This document shows, in pieces, positions 46,401 to 57,552 of a DNA stretch of 64,000 bases (position 1 is its first letter; each line of letters starts with the position of its first letter). The stretch is from the human T2T-CHM13v2.0 reference genome, Homo sapiens: NCBI RefSeq assembly GCF_009914755.1, contig NC_060925.1, one strand, 5' to 3'. The notes beneath the pieces are model-generated. The model had not been told where the DNA came from. It made no database searches and worked only from the letters and a program-made list of their open reading frames with translations. The position numbers and the translations under genes were made by a program.

Positions 46401-46460
46401 ACGCCTTTCTACGCTCTGGCTGGCTGCAGTGTCCATCGCTGCCACCAACCACAAACAGGG
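43430..46460. repeat. GC-rich satellite-like units (~45-50 bp CAGTGCAGCCCC.GATAGC.C.CCCAACC at 44210-44520 and 45967-46400) with three copies of a longer ACRO1-like motif
   Basis: Short unit visibly repeated; CTCTGG...GCAGT(C/G)TC..TC.C.GCC.CC.ACC.CA at ~43527, 44520 and 46413; family name recalled and uncertain. Confidence 0.6.
44688..45966 (+). mobile_element. Internal L1 ORF2 fragment with no poly(A)
   Basis: Translation MESLVEIGKFLDAYNLLRLNNENIQDQNRLVTSNEIEAIRKSLPVKKSPGTDVFTA resembles L1 ORF2p Z-region; ATTGATGCAAAAATCCTCAACAAAATAC. Confidence 0.9.
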
Positions 46461-47770
46461 CTGCAAACAGGAAGGATTTTATTCACTGTCCATGCGGCCC
46501 TGAGTTGTCCCAAAGCGAGGCAGTGCCCCCAAGGTCTGTGCAGAGCAGAACGCAGCTCCGCCCTCGCGGTGCCACCGGCCCGCCCGCCCGCGTCTCTGCT
46601 GAGGAGAACATTGCTCTGCCTTCGCTGTATCTCCGAAGTCTGCAGAGGAGAACTCAGCTCCGCCCTCGCAATGCTCTCCGGGTCTGTGCTGAGGAGACCG
46701 CAGCTCCGCCCTCGCAAAGGCACACAGCGCTGGCGCCGGCGTGGCGGAGAGGGGGCCAGTGGCGGAGAGGCGGCCAGCGGCGGCGCGGCGGAGAGACGGA
46801 CAGCGGCGGAGAGGCGGCCAGCGGCGGCGCGGCGGAGAGACGGACAGCGGCGGCGCGGCGGAGAGGCGGACGGCGGCGGAGAGGCGGCCAGCGGCGGCGC
46901 GGCGGAGAGGCGGACGGCGGCGGAGAGGCGGCCAGCGGCGGCGCGGCGGAGAGGCGGACGGCGGCGGAGAGGCGGCCAGCGGCGGCGCGGCGGAGAGGCG
47001 GACGGCGGCGGAGAGGCGGCCAGCGGCGGCGCGGCGGAGAGGCGGACGGCGGCGGAGAGGCGGCCAGCGGCGGCGCGGCGGAGAGGCGGACGGCGGCGGA
47101 GAGGCGGCCAGCGGCGGCGCGGCGGAGAGGCGGACGGCGGCGGAGAGGCGGCCAGCGGCGGCGCGGCGGAGAGGCGGACGGCGGCGGAGAGGCGGATAGC
47201 GGCGGCGCGGCGGAGAGGCGGACGGCGGCGGAGAGGCGGACAGCGGCGGCGCGGCGGAGAGACGGACGGCGGCGGAGAGGCGGACAGAGGCGGAGAGGCG
47301 GACAGCGGCGGCGCGGCGGAGAGGCGGACAGCGGCGGAGAGGCGGACAGCGGCGGCGCGGCGGAGAGACGGACAGCGGCGGAGAGGCGGACAGCGGCGGC
47401 GCGGCGGAGAGGCGGACAGCGGCGGAGAGGCGGACAGCGGCGGCGCGGCGGAGAGGCGGACAGCGGCGGAGAGGCGGACAGCGGCGGCGCGGCGGAGAGA
47501 CGGACAGCGGCGGAGAGGCGGACAGCGGCGGAGAGGCGGACAGCGGCGGCGCGGCGGAGAGGCGGACAGCGGCGGAGAGGCGGACAGCGGCGGCGCGGCG
47601 GAGAGACGGACAGCGGCGGAGAGGCGGACAGCGGCGGAGAGGCGGACAGCGGCGGCGCGGCGGAGAGACGGACAGCGGCGGAGAGGCGGACAGCGGCGGC
47701 GAGGCGCGCAGCGGCGGCGCAGGCGCGGAGAGGCGCTGGCGCCGGCTCTGGCGCGGAGAGGCGCAGGCCC
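46461..47770 (+). repeat. TAR1 subtelomeric repeat in an interstitial position
   Basis: GGATTTTATTCAC...GTTGTCCCAAAGCGAGGCAGTGCCCCCAA; 37-bp-type units GTCTGTGC.GAG.AGAACGCAGCTCCGCCCTCGC; 29-mer-like GGCGCAGGCGCGGAGAGGCGC at the right end. Confidence 0.9.
46740..47705. repeat. CpG-rich VNTR of 18-bp and 26-bp subunits forming a 44-bp period
   Basis: GCGGCGGAGAGGCGGACG + GCGGCGGAGAGGCGGCCAGCGGCGGC; the ORF track shows a 44-aa (3 x 44 nt) periodicity. Confidence 0.93.
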
Positions 47771-47796
47771 AGGCTCCACTCCCCAGCTGTGAAAGG
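47700..47796 (+). ncRNA. Putative first exon of a TAR1-initiated chimeric lncRNA or pseudogene transcript (possibly TEKT4P2/MAFIP-type)
   Basis: Consensus donor AAGG|GTAAGA at 47796/47797 directly after the CpG VNTR; start is approximate; locus identity is recollection only. Confidence 0.35.
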
Positions 47797-48431
47797 GTAA
47801 GAACCGAGGGTGGCTGAGACTCGGGGTTGTTCAGGGCGGGGTGGGCTCTGGACCCAGCAGGCCCGGCACCCAGGTCAGGGCTCCAGGGGAGGCCGGGTGG
47901 GCGAAGGCCAAGAAGGGGCTGGGGCTGGTCAGGAAGGGCTCCTGGTGACCGGAGCACTTTGCGTGAGCCAGCGTGGGAGGAAGGTGGGCTGGATGAGCCA
48001 GGGAGGCGCCGGGAGGGGCCTTGGCAGAGGCGACCCCCTCCGTCACCCCCAGGCCACTGAACCCTGGGTAGCGGAGAACCGACAGGGGAGGCTGCAGACA
48101 GAGGAGTGGAGGCTCCCCGGCTTTGGGGGCTCTGAGTAGAAGCATCTAGGGTGTCCCTCAAGAGGCCCCCAAACGCTTCCCCATGGTGAGAAAAGAAGGT
48201 GCAGAGAGGGGCACGGCGCTGGTGCAGAGGGGCACACAGCGAGATTTGCTGTGAGTTCTTTTATTGCCCCAAGTGTACCTCATCTTGGTAGATTTCTATT
48301 GGCTTTAAAAATGTGTGTGTTTTGCTGTTGGGGAGTGGGGTATTATACGGATGTCAGATTTTGCTGGTTGACTGTTCAGATCTTTTGTAAATCCTTGCTC
48401 CTTTTGTGCCTAGTTTCACTCTGTCACTTAC

Positions 48432-48680
48432 ACTAGAGTGCGGTGGCACGAACATGACTCACTGCAGCCTTGACTTCCTAGGGTCAAGTACTTCCCCTGG
48501 CTTAACCTCCTGAGTAGCTGGTACTATAGGTGTGTGCCGCCACACCTGGCTAAATTTAAAATTTTTTGGAGAGATGAGGCCTTGCTATGTTGCCCAGGCT
48601 CGAACTCCTGGCCTCAAGCTATCCTTTGTTTTTGCCTCCCAGAGTTCTGGGATTACAGGCATGAGCCACTGTGCCCGGCC
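48432..48680 (-). mobile_element. Old Alu (AluJ-like)
   Basis: CTAGAGTGCGGTGGCACG...GATTACAGGCATGAGCCACTGTGCCCGGCC. Confidence 0.85.
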
Positions 48681-48797
48681 TCTGCCTAGTTTTAACAGTT
48701 GCTAAGAGGAGGATGTTGAAGTAGATGTCTTCTTGGTGGGTTAATCCTTTTGTCATTAAGCAGTTGTTATGGTCACTTCCTCTTTTCACCCCATTGG

Positions 48798-49275
48798 TGA
48801 AGGAGGGGTCCCTGCCCTAAAGTGTAGGAGATGGCTGAACACGACACCTGGCGTGGATGGATGCGATTGACAGCAGTGTTTTAGTCACATATACCCACAG
48901 CTCAGAGGAGGACACTGCATGCCACACAGGGTCAGATGGGCACCGCACTCTGTAGTGGAGTGAGGGCTGCGGGCTGAGGAAGCAGGCGGGCTTGGTAGTA
49001 ACAAGAGCACACGATGACCAATGGTTCCCGAGGGGGAATGCAATTGGCTTGTTTGAATAAATTCATGGGCTGGCAGACAGGTGAAGTGAAACTTCTTAGG
49101 CTGAGGTGCAACTGTTCTGGCTGATAAAAGAACTAGCCAGGTGGGGAGCCTTTCCTGTTGGGTGGCGGGGTAGGGGGTGTCTGGTAGAAACAGGAAAACC
49201 CACGGCTAGGTCTTTGGGGCCCTGTGAGGCTCAAACATGTCAAGGCAGCATAGGAAATTTTAGATCTTAAAATTC
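48798..49275 (-). mobile_element. Probable ERVL-class LTR
   Basis: GACAGCAGTGTTTTAGTCACATATACCCACAGC...GGACACTGCATGCCACACAGGG resembles MER74/MER76-type LTRs as recalled. Confidence 0.45.
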
Positions 49276-49289
49276 AGCGAAGACCCTCT

Positions 49290-50140
49290 CCAGCTCTGGT
49301 AAATTATTTTGCTTGAAGTCTACTTCATGAGATATTAATATATTCACTCCTGCTTCCTTAAAAAATTAATGATTTCACAGGATATCTTTCTCCATTCTTT
49401 TACTTTCAACCTACTTAGGTCCTTAAGTGAGTTTGAAGTTTCTTATGAACAGTATTTAGTTGGGCCATGTGTTTATTATAGGCTCTCCATCAATCTGTCT
49501 TTTGGTTTATTTAGACCATTTACATTTAAGGTGCTTATTGTTACATAATTGCTTATGTCTGATGTTTTTATTATTTGCTTTTTTGTTTCCTTTTTCTTTC
49601 CCTCCATCTTGATCTATTTCTGTATAATGTTGTTGCGTGTATCTCTTTGTATAGTCTTAAAGTGTTTGCTCTGGATGTTACAATATGTGTATTGTAATAT
49701 AGTAGTCTACTGGTACCAGTATTTACCACTTCAAAGTGTGGAAACCTGCCTTGCATTTATGTCTCTTTACCTTTTCCACTTGTATAAATCACTGGCTTGA
49801 GTATTAGGTGGTGGTATAGTTTTTGTTTCAGTCGTCAAATGTGATTTTAAGAACTGTGGATTGTCTCGCATATGTATCCACATTTCTCGTCTTTCCTTTG
49901 TCCCTCCTCCCATAGTCCCATATTCATCCCTTCTGCATAAGAACTTTCTATAGCCATTTTTTTATTTTGATTTTTTTGTTTTAATTTTTTATATTGTGGA
50001 AATGACAGAACATATTTCTGTAGCCACTTTTTAGCATTTCTAAATTGACCAGTGACAAATTCCTATATTCTCTTCCTCTGAGAATGTCTTTATTTCTCTC
50101 TTCATTTCTGAAGGGTAGTTTCATGGGATATAGAATTTGC
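49290..50140 (-). mobile_element. Old L1M fragments
   Basis: T-rich; TTTAGACCATTTACATTTAAGGTG and TCTGAGAATGTCTTTATTTCTC...GGATATAGAATT. Confidence 0.6.
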
Positions 50141-50469
50141 CTTTCATGTATTCAGAGGTTTTCAGTATTCGTATAATCAAACCTGATAGTTTTCCTTTTG
50201 GTTTTGAGGTTGTGTCTTGTTTGGGTGAGTCTCCTACCCATTTGACTACAGAAATGCCCTTTCATTTTAAATATCCTCCTATTATGAAACACATTTCCAC
50301 ATTTTCTAAATTTTTAATTTTTAGCTGAGAAATAAATTAGTAATTATTTAAGTATTAATTACTTTTATCTTGCTATTATTGGTTTTATTTATTTACATGT
50401 AGTTGGCTTACATTTAGTTTAGTTTAACTTAATTACTTTAAAGTAATGTATAACTATCTGCAGTTTGTA

Positions 50470-50748
50470 CCTCATGTTCTCACTCATAAATGGGAGCTGA
50501 ACAATGAGAACACGTAGACACAGGGAGGGGAACATCACACACCAGGTTCTATCCAGGGGTTGGAGGCAAGGGAAAGGAGAGCATTATGACAAATACCTAA
50601 TGCATGCAGGGCTTAAAACCTAGATGACAAATTGATAGGTGCAGCAAACCACCATGGCACATGTATACCTATGTAATAAACCTACATGTTCTGAACATGT
50701 ATCCCAGAACTTAAAGTAAAATTAAAAAAAAAATAATTAATTAAAAAT
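50470..50748 (+). mobile_element. Short L1PA 3' end
   Basis: CATGTTCTCACTCATAAATGGGAGCTGAACAATGAGAAC...CCCAGAACTTAAAGTA plus tail; TSD TATCT(G/T)CAGTTTGTA. Confidence 0.9.
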
Positions 50749-51874
50749 ATATATCTTCAGTTTGTAAACGTCCCGACAACACAGGAACAGAGTTAAAAGA
50801 GTGTGTGTCGTCCTTAGCTGCTCCCACCCCATCGTCTCCTCCCTAGCCAACCCAGCCGCCAGTCTGGCGTGCGCCTTCAAGGTTTCTTCCTAGACACTGG
50901 CAAACATAGATCACTATTTTCTGCCACATGGTATCTTTTAAACACACACGATTGTTTTGTGCAGAAACTTTCTATTTTTACCTCTCATAAGTGTCCTGTG
51001 GATTCTTTCCATGTCACTGTGGTGTGTGTGCGTGTGTGAGATTCAAGTTCAGCTTGCTAATCTTGTAGAAAGAATTACACTCCACTTCCCCTGTGCTCTG
51101 GCCCTCCCTAACACAGCAGCCCATCCCTGGAGGCTGATGGAGCCCCTCGAGCACCTGCTTACCATTTCTGTTTGTTCTGTTTATTCAGGTTTTCTGCCTC
51201 CTGCTAAGCCAATTTATACATTCCAAGAAAATCTTCCATTTCATCCAGGTGAAACAGAACCTACTGGAATGAAGCTGGCCTCCCATGGAATGAAGCTGGC
51301 CTCCCGTCTCCTTGATTTGAAGCAGCTTCTCCACGTTGGTTATTATGCCATTTTTCTAAATCTAACATTTTAAAATTTGTGCCTTTTCTTTCTCTTTTGC
51401 TTGACTTCTCAGAGGTTTTTTTAATGGTCTTTTCAAAGAAGTGGTTTTGGGTTTTATTTATCAAGTCTACTTTTATTATGGCTGTTTTAAAATTAAATAC
51501 ATTTATTTCTTGTTTCCCTTAAAAAAGCTTCTTGTATGTTTACTTAGTTTATATAATTTTATATGTCTTCTGTTGAAGCATATTAACAAACACTTCCAGC
51601 TATAACGTTTCCCCTGAGAACTGCTTTGGACACATCCAGAGATTTTGATAGGTCACACACTTATTGTAGTTTGTTTCTGAAAAGTTTTTCATTTTAGTTT
51701 TTATTTTCTCTTTTACTCAAATTATCATCAGCTTTCTCCTTTTATCCTGTTTCTGACAAATTAATCTGAGGATATAAATTTCTCCCTAAATGTCAATTTT
51801 GTTGAGTTTCATAATTTTAATATGTAATACCCTATTGCTATTGAGTTCCAGGCATTTTATAATTTTCATTGTGA

Positions 51875-52198
<324 letters not shown>

Positions 52199-53064
52199 CC
52201 AAAATGCACTTTTAACATGGCCTTTGTTATTCCATGTTTCTAATTTTGTTGCACCCTGGTGAGAGAATGTGATTTGTGTAACAGCAATTCTTGGGAAAGG
52301 GGCTGAGGCTTCCTGCTCCTTTAGCACAGCTAAATTTTCCCAAACGCCATCCATGAGCTTGGAAAGAGCATTGTACTCTGTTGGGATGGGCTCAAATCTC
52401 TCTGTAAAAATGAGTGTTCTTCTGTTGTTGTTGTTCTGTTTTTTGTTTGTTTTGTTTTGTTTGTTTTTTGTCTCAGTCGTTTTGTTTGCTCAGATCTTTT
52501 GATGATCCAGATGATCTTTTAATTTATGCAGGATGTTTCTCTGCTTGTGCAGGCTGGTGGGATTGGGGACTGGAGAGAGGATAAGTGTCTGCTTGCCCAG
52601 GACTGGCAAACTGTCACTTGCCCTGGTTGTGCCTTGCCAGGAGCTCCCGTGCCTGTCTCTGAGAGTGTCATGAGCGCAGCAGTGGTAGTTGTGTGGTGGA
52701 TGCATTTCCCCTGGGTTGGGGGGTGGGTGGCTGGTCCTAGCTCTGTTTGTTGTTGCCGATGAGACACAGCACACTTCTGCTTCCTGATGGATCTTGTCGG
52801 TCATTTGACTTCTTCCTGGTCTGGGCTCCTGAGCTGGCCCTCCGCAGGCCAAGCAGGAATGGAGCTGGCTGCTACAAGAGTTCCTTCACTAGAGGGCATC
52901 TCTCCTCTCTCCTCCCACACATGGGAACACAAGGGTGGGCTTTCCTCCGCCCACTGTGATCCGCAGCCCGGCTTTCCCCTCCTCACCCTCTGCTCTCAGA
53001 CAGACTTGGTTTTCGCTGGTGTCTGTGAGAGGTGATTCTTCATGGTGCCAAGAATGTGGATTTT

Positions 53065-53650
53065 TTTGAGAGCAGGCACTCTCACAGATATTTGCACACC
53101 CATGTTCAAAGCAGCGTGATTCACAAGAGTCAAAAGGTAGAAGCATTCTGAGGGTCTATGGGTGAGTGGATGGGCAAGCGAAATGTGGTTATGCATACAG
53201 TAGACTGTTACTGAACCTTTACCAGGAAGGAGATTCTTTTTTTTCTTTCTTTTTGTGGAAAATGCAGTCTCGCTATATTGCCCAGGCAGGTCTCGAACTC
53301 CTGGGTTCAAGCTATCTTCCTACCTCTGCCTCCCTAACAGCTAGGATAATAGGCGTGAGCCTATAATATCACCCAGCCAGGAGGGAAATTCTGAGAGGTG
53401 TGCCAACACACATGAACCTTGAGGACATTGTGCTAGATGGAATAAGCCAGCCACAAAAGGACAAATACATTGCGATTTCACTTACATGAGGGGCCCAGAA
53501 TGGGCAAATTCAAATACAGAAAGAGCAATGGTTAACAAAAGGAGGGAGTTGGTGTTCAATGGGTCTGGTTTCCTTTTGGGAAGATGAAGACGTTCTGGAG
53601 ATGGACGGTGGTAGGGGATATGCGACAATGTGAGTGCACTTAATGCCAGT
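53065..53650 (+). mobile_element. L1MB-like 3' end interrupted by an Alu monomer (minus strand, ~53236-53378)
   Basis: GATATTTGCACACCCATGTTCAAAGCAGC...ATGAACCTTGAGGACATTGTGCTA...GTTCTGGAGATGGACGGTGGT. Confidence 0.8.
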
Positions 53651-53654
53651 TATA

Positions 53655-54830
53655 ACACGGGGAGCGCGTGTGCACACGGCTCTGGGAGTTCTCGTGCAGC
53701 ACTCAGAGCTCAGCGTGGGCGAGGGCGTCACCCCTCTGGGGGCGTCCATGGGGCCTTGGAGAAGGGAGGCTTCAGGGCACCAGAGCAGTCTACCGGGAGA
53801 GGCCGGGCCGAGCGCTTGTTCACCCCCAGCCCTCTTAGGGAACTTTCACATGCTTCTCCCACTAGGCCTAGGCACCCCTCCCTACTCTCCCTACCCTCCT
53901 GGTTCCCTGACCCTCAGTGACTGTGTCCTTCAAGACTGAACTCCAGAGTCCCCACCCGAGGACCCGCAGTGCCCAGCCCCCGCGAGCTCGCGGGGTGTAT
54001 GCCCACCCCGAGGCTCCACCGCGCCTGTGTGCTGGGAAGCCTGGCTCCATGGGACCCTCGGGCTCTGGGCGCGCTGTCGCTGCAGCTGCCAGCAGCTCCT
54101 GAGGAAGTGGCTCGAGGCCCTGGGGCGGGCCAGGCGTGCGGTGGGCCCGCAGCCCTCACACCGGCCCCGGCCGCACACAGGAGGCACAATCAGCAGAGAC
54201 GTTGGACAGGGTTGGACACTGGCTGTCTCTTTCGGGCCTCAGTTTTCACATCTGAAATAAAAGCGAGCATCCTGGCCCTGGCGCCATGCCTCTGCCGCGG
54301 TAGAGGTTTCCACCCCTATGAGCCCAGTGCGCCTTCCAGGCTCGAGGGAGAGGGAGTGTGCGTGCGTGTGAACGCGTCACACTCTTGTGTGAACGCGTCA
54401 TACGCTTGTGAAAGACTGTGCGTGTGCACACGCGTGTACGTGCATGTGAACGCATCAGGGTGCCCGAGGATGCACACATGCACGTGTGAGTGTGCGCGAG
54501 TGCGTGCTCAGAGGACAGCTCTCAGCAGGCTGGGGACCTCCTTCCTCTCACCCCTGAGGGTTTTGGGGGACCAGCCCCCGTCTCCGGGTGCTATGGGATG
54601 CCCTGGGGCGAGCTCCCACCGCTGTGCTCGGGCTCCGGCTTTGTGGGGACCCGGCCTTCCCCGCCCGCACCACGGGGAGTTCCACGCAGCACCCACGAGG
54701 TGGCGCCGCAGACTCGCTATCGCGGAGCGTGGCGGCTCCCAGCAGCCTTGCCTACAGCTGTGGCCAGGGCGATCCCTCTCAGGCCCAGGCCGCTGCTGCC
54801 AGGAAGAGCAGGAACAATAGCCAGTCACGC
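53655..54830. promoter_or_regulatory. CpG-rich island-like segment
   Basis: Elevated CpG and GC; includes a CpG-retaining (TG/CG) tract at 54355-54505. Confidence 0.45.
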
Positions 54831-54994
54831 CTGGTGATGCCCCTGAAGTGCTTATGCTCCCAGGCATGGGCTGTCCACAACGTGCATTCTCTCCTTTTAT
54901 GCCCCTACTATTTGGAACGCTGTATTTTTTCATTTTTATTTTTATTTTTTGTTGTAAATCTGCCACTTAAAAATACCCAGGGTGGAGCTAAAAG

Positions 54995-55335
54995 TACAGA
55001 CACTGCTCAACTTACCCCTGGCTGCGGCCCAATAAGGCCGCTGCGAGTGGAAAATGACTGAGTCCACCTGACTACCGAATAGCACAGCGTGGGGGGGCCC
55101 ACCTTGGCCTGCTGAGAACACTGCCCTGAGCCTGCGGTGGGCAGAAGCATCAACACGAAGCCTGTTTTGTAGTCAAGTGTCGGATACCTCATGTAATCAT
55201 TGACTGCTGTACTGAAAGTGAAAAACTGGCCGTGTGGGACTCACACGAGGGTTTCTGCTGACTGTGGATGGCTTTTGCATCACTATAAAGTTGAAAACTG
55301 TTAAGTGGAACTGCGGTAAGTCGGGGCTGTGTGCG
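54995..55335 (+). mobile_element. Tigger4/MER46-like DNA transposon
   Basis: TACAGACACTGCTCAACTTAC start; ACGAAGCCTGTTTTGTAGTCAAGTGTCGGATACCTCATGTAAT...CTGTACTGAAAGTGAAAAAC...GTAAGTCGGGG end. Confidence 0.7.
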
Positions 55336-55429
55336 CTAGAGACCTGAGTTCTGCCGCTCCATAGCTGTGTGACTTTGGACACATATTTGAGCCTGAGTGT
55401 CTTCTACACAAAATGGATTTCTTAGCATA

Positions 55430-55602
55430 ACCTACACATGTGTACGTGCCCGTGAGCGTGCACGTGTGTGTTTGCATGAACACATCTGTGTATGCACGAA
55501 TGTGTGCACATTTGTGTGTGTCTGTGTAAGTCCGTATGTACATTTGTGTGCATGTCTGTGTGTGCATATGTTTGTATGTGTGTGTGCTATGCATGTGTGT
55601 GT
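55430..55602. repeat. TG-rich low-complexity tract
   Basis: Degenerate (TG)n. Confidence 0.8.
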
Positions 55603-56723
55603 TAAGGCCCTGGGGTGGAGCTGAGGAGTTGAGGGGAGATGCTGGGAGGGCAGCCAGCACCAGGCGTTTGTTGGCCAGGAGAGAAGCTGCCATCCAGGTG
55701 CACTCTGGAGCTCGTGCTTCAGTGGCACAAGGCTTTGGGAGTGAGGAAGCTGGGGGCTGGGGCAGGGCAGTCCTGCACCTCAGGGGAGGTGCAGAGTGAG
55801 GCCAGGAGGATGGAAAGAGTGCCAGAGAATGGGGGAAATCTGAGGCATCAGGAAAGGAAGACAAAGGCCATGGAGAGGGCAGCTGGGCCCTGGGTGAGGC
55901 CGGCCCTCAGGAAGGAGGTGCCACAGGCAGGGGAGTGCCCAGATGGAGAGCCCAGGGGTATGGACCCACGGGTGTATGACAGTGGGGGTACTCCTGAAAC
56001 AGAGCAGTGTTATCCAACAAGCAGGGTTGGGACAACTAGTTATTTCATTTAAAAAAACAGGTCAATGTCAGTCCTCATACTGTGCTTTAAAATAAGCTCC
56101 AGATGGACTCATGTTTTACATGTAAAGAAAAGAAGGCAAAAAGAAAATAAAGAAAAGGCTTGTAAGCAGGTAGTTAATTGGAGGCAATCCCAGGATGCAG
56201 GAGAGAGGGGATGGAGCCACAGCAGGTCTGGGGAAGGGAGAGAAGCCGGCCCCGAGACCGCAGCCCGAGGACCCATTCAGGCCAGCAGTGCCTTCTGTGC
56301 ACTTCCACAAGGTCACACGTTCTTCCAAAGTTGCCATCATGGAGAGATAGGCTTCCACGTAGTCTTGACTCCACTGGATTTCAGTCCTTAGGTGACTTTT
56401 CCTGTGATCACACTCAGCCCTGATACAGTCATTGCTGGGGCCTCCCCTGGCTGGACGTTCCGCTTTTGGTTCACATTCTTTCCTCCTGCCCCGAGACTGG
56501 CCATGGGCCTCCCAAAGGCTAGCTGGGAGGACCTCCCTTCCACGGCTGTGCTCTTGCTCTGCCCATGCTGTCGCCTCCATCTCCACCTCCCTCTCCATCC
56601 TCACCACCAGCCCTCGAGTCAGTGGGGAGCTTTCCACTCACCAAGCCCAGGCAAGTGCATCGTGTGAATTTCTCTTGCGCCTCCCACTAGAGGTAGAGGC
56701 GCTGTTGTCACCCTATCTGCTGA

Positions 56724-57132
<409 letters not shown>

Positions 57133-57431
57133 CCCTTCAAATCTTAACAGAGAAGCCACCAAAGTCTCCTTGGGTCCATCACATGGATGGGCCTCCTGGG
57201 CCCCTCAGACCCTGGGCTTCCCTTGAGGTCCTGGAGCTATGTGGGCTCCAGCTCTGGGAAGGTGGACCCCCATGCATGTGTCCTGCCGTCACTGTCTCTA
57301 TGGAGTCTGGCTCACACTAAGTGAGCCATAAGGCCTTCTTCAAGGTCATCTGTCCCACTGATTTCAGACTCAGGGCGGAGTGTGAAATCATCTGTCCCCC
57401 ACAGTGCACTCAGAACCCTGTCTGGACTAGG

Positions 57432-57552
57432 GCACACACACATGCATGCGCATATGAACACACATATGCATATGCACGCACACATGCAAGGCTGCAAGTC
57501 TCATGCACACACACATGCACACACATGCACATGCATGCTCACATGCACAGGC
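57432..57552. repeat. (CA/CATG)-rich simple repeat
   Basis: CACACATGCA units. Confidence 0.8.

Larger units (their letters stand above)
46540..48110. promoter_or_regulatory. CpG island, putative TAR1-type promoter
   Basis: Very high undecayed CpG density; TAR1 29/37-bp repeats are known components of TERRA promoters. Confidence 0.65.

Noticed and set aside
46300-46500. Interstitial telomere or fusion site next to TAR1
   Set aside because: No (CCCTAA)n or (TTAGGG)n array is present, only isolated degenerate hexamers
46409-48161. 400-560 aa Arg/Ala/Gly/Pro-rich ORFs on both strands
   Set aside because: A T-poor GC VNTR cannot form stops; the periodicity equals the DNA repeat
51264-51305. 21-bp direct duplication TGGAATGAAGCTGGCCTCCC(A/G)
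   Set aside because: Simple slippage duplication with no further structure
53969-54820. 283-aa ORF in the CpG-rich segment
   Set aside because: Non-ATG start, crosses a TG/CG simple repeat, and has no recognisable domain
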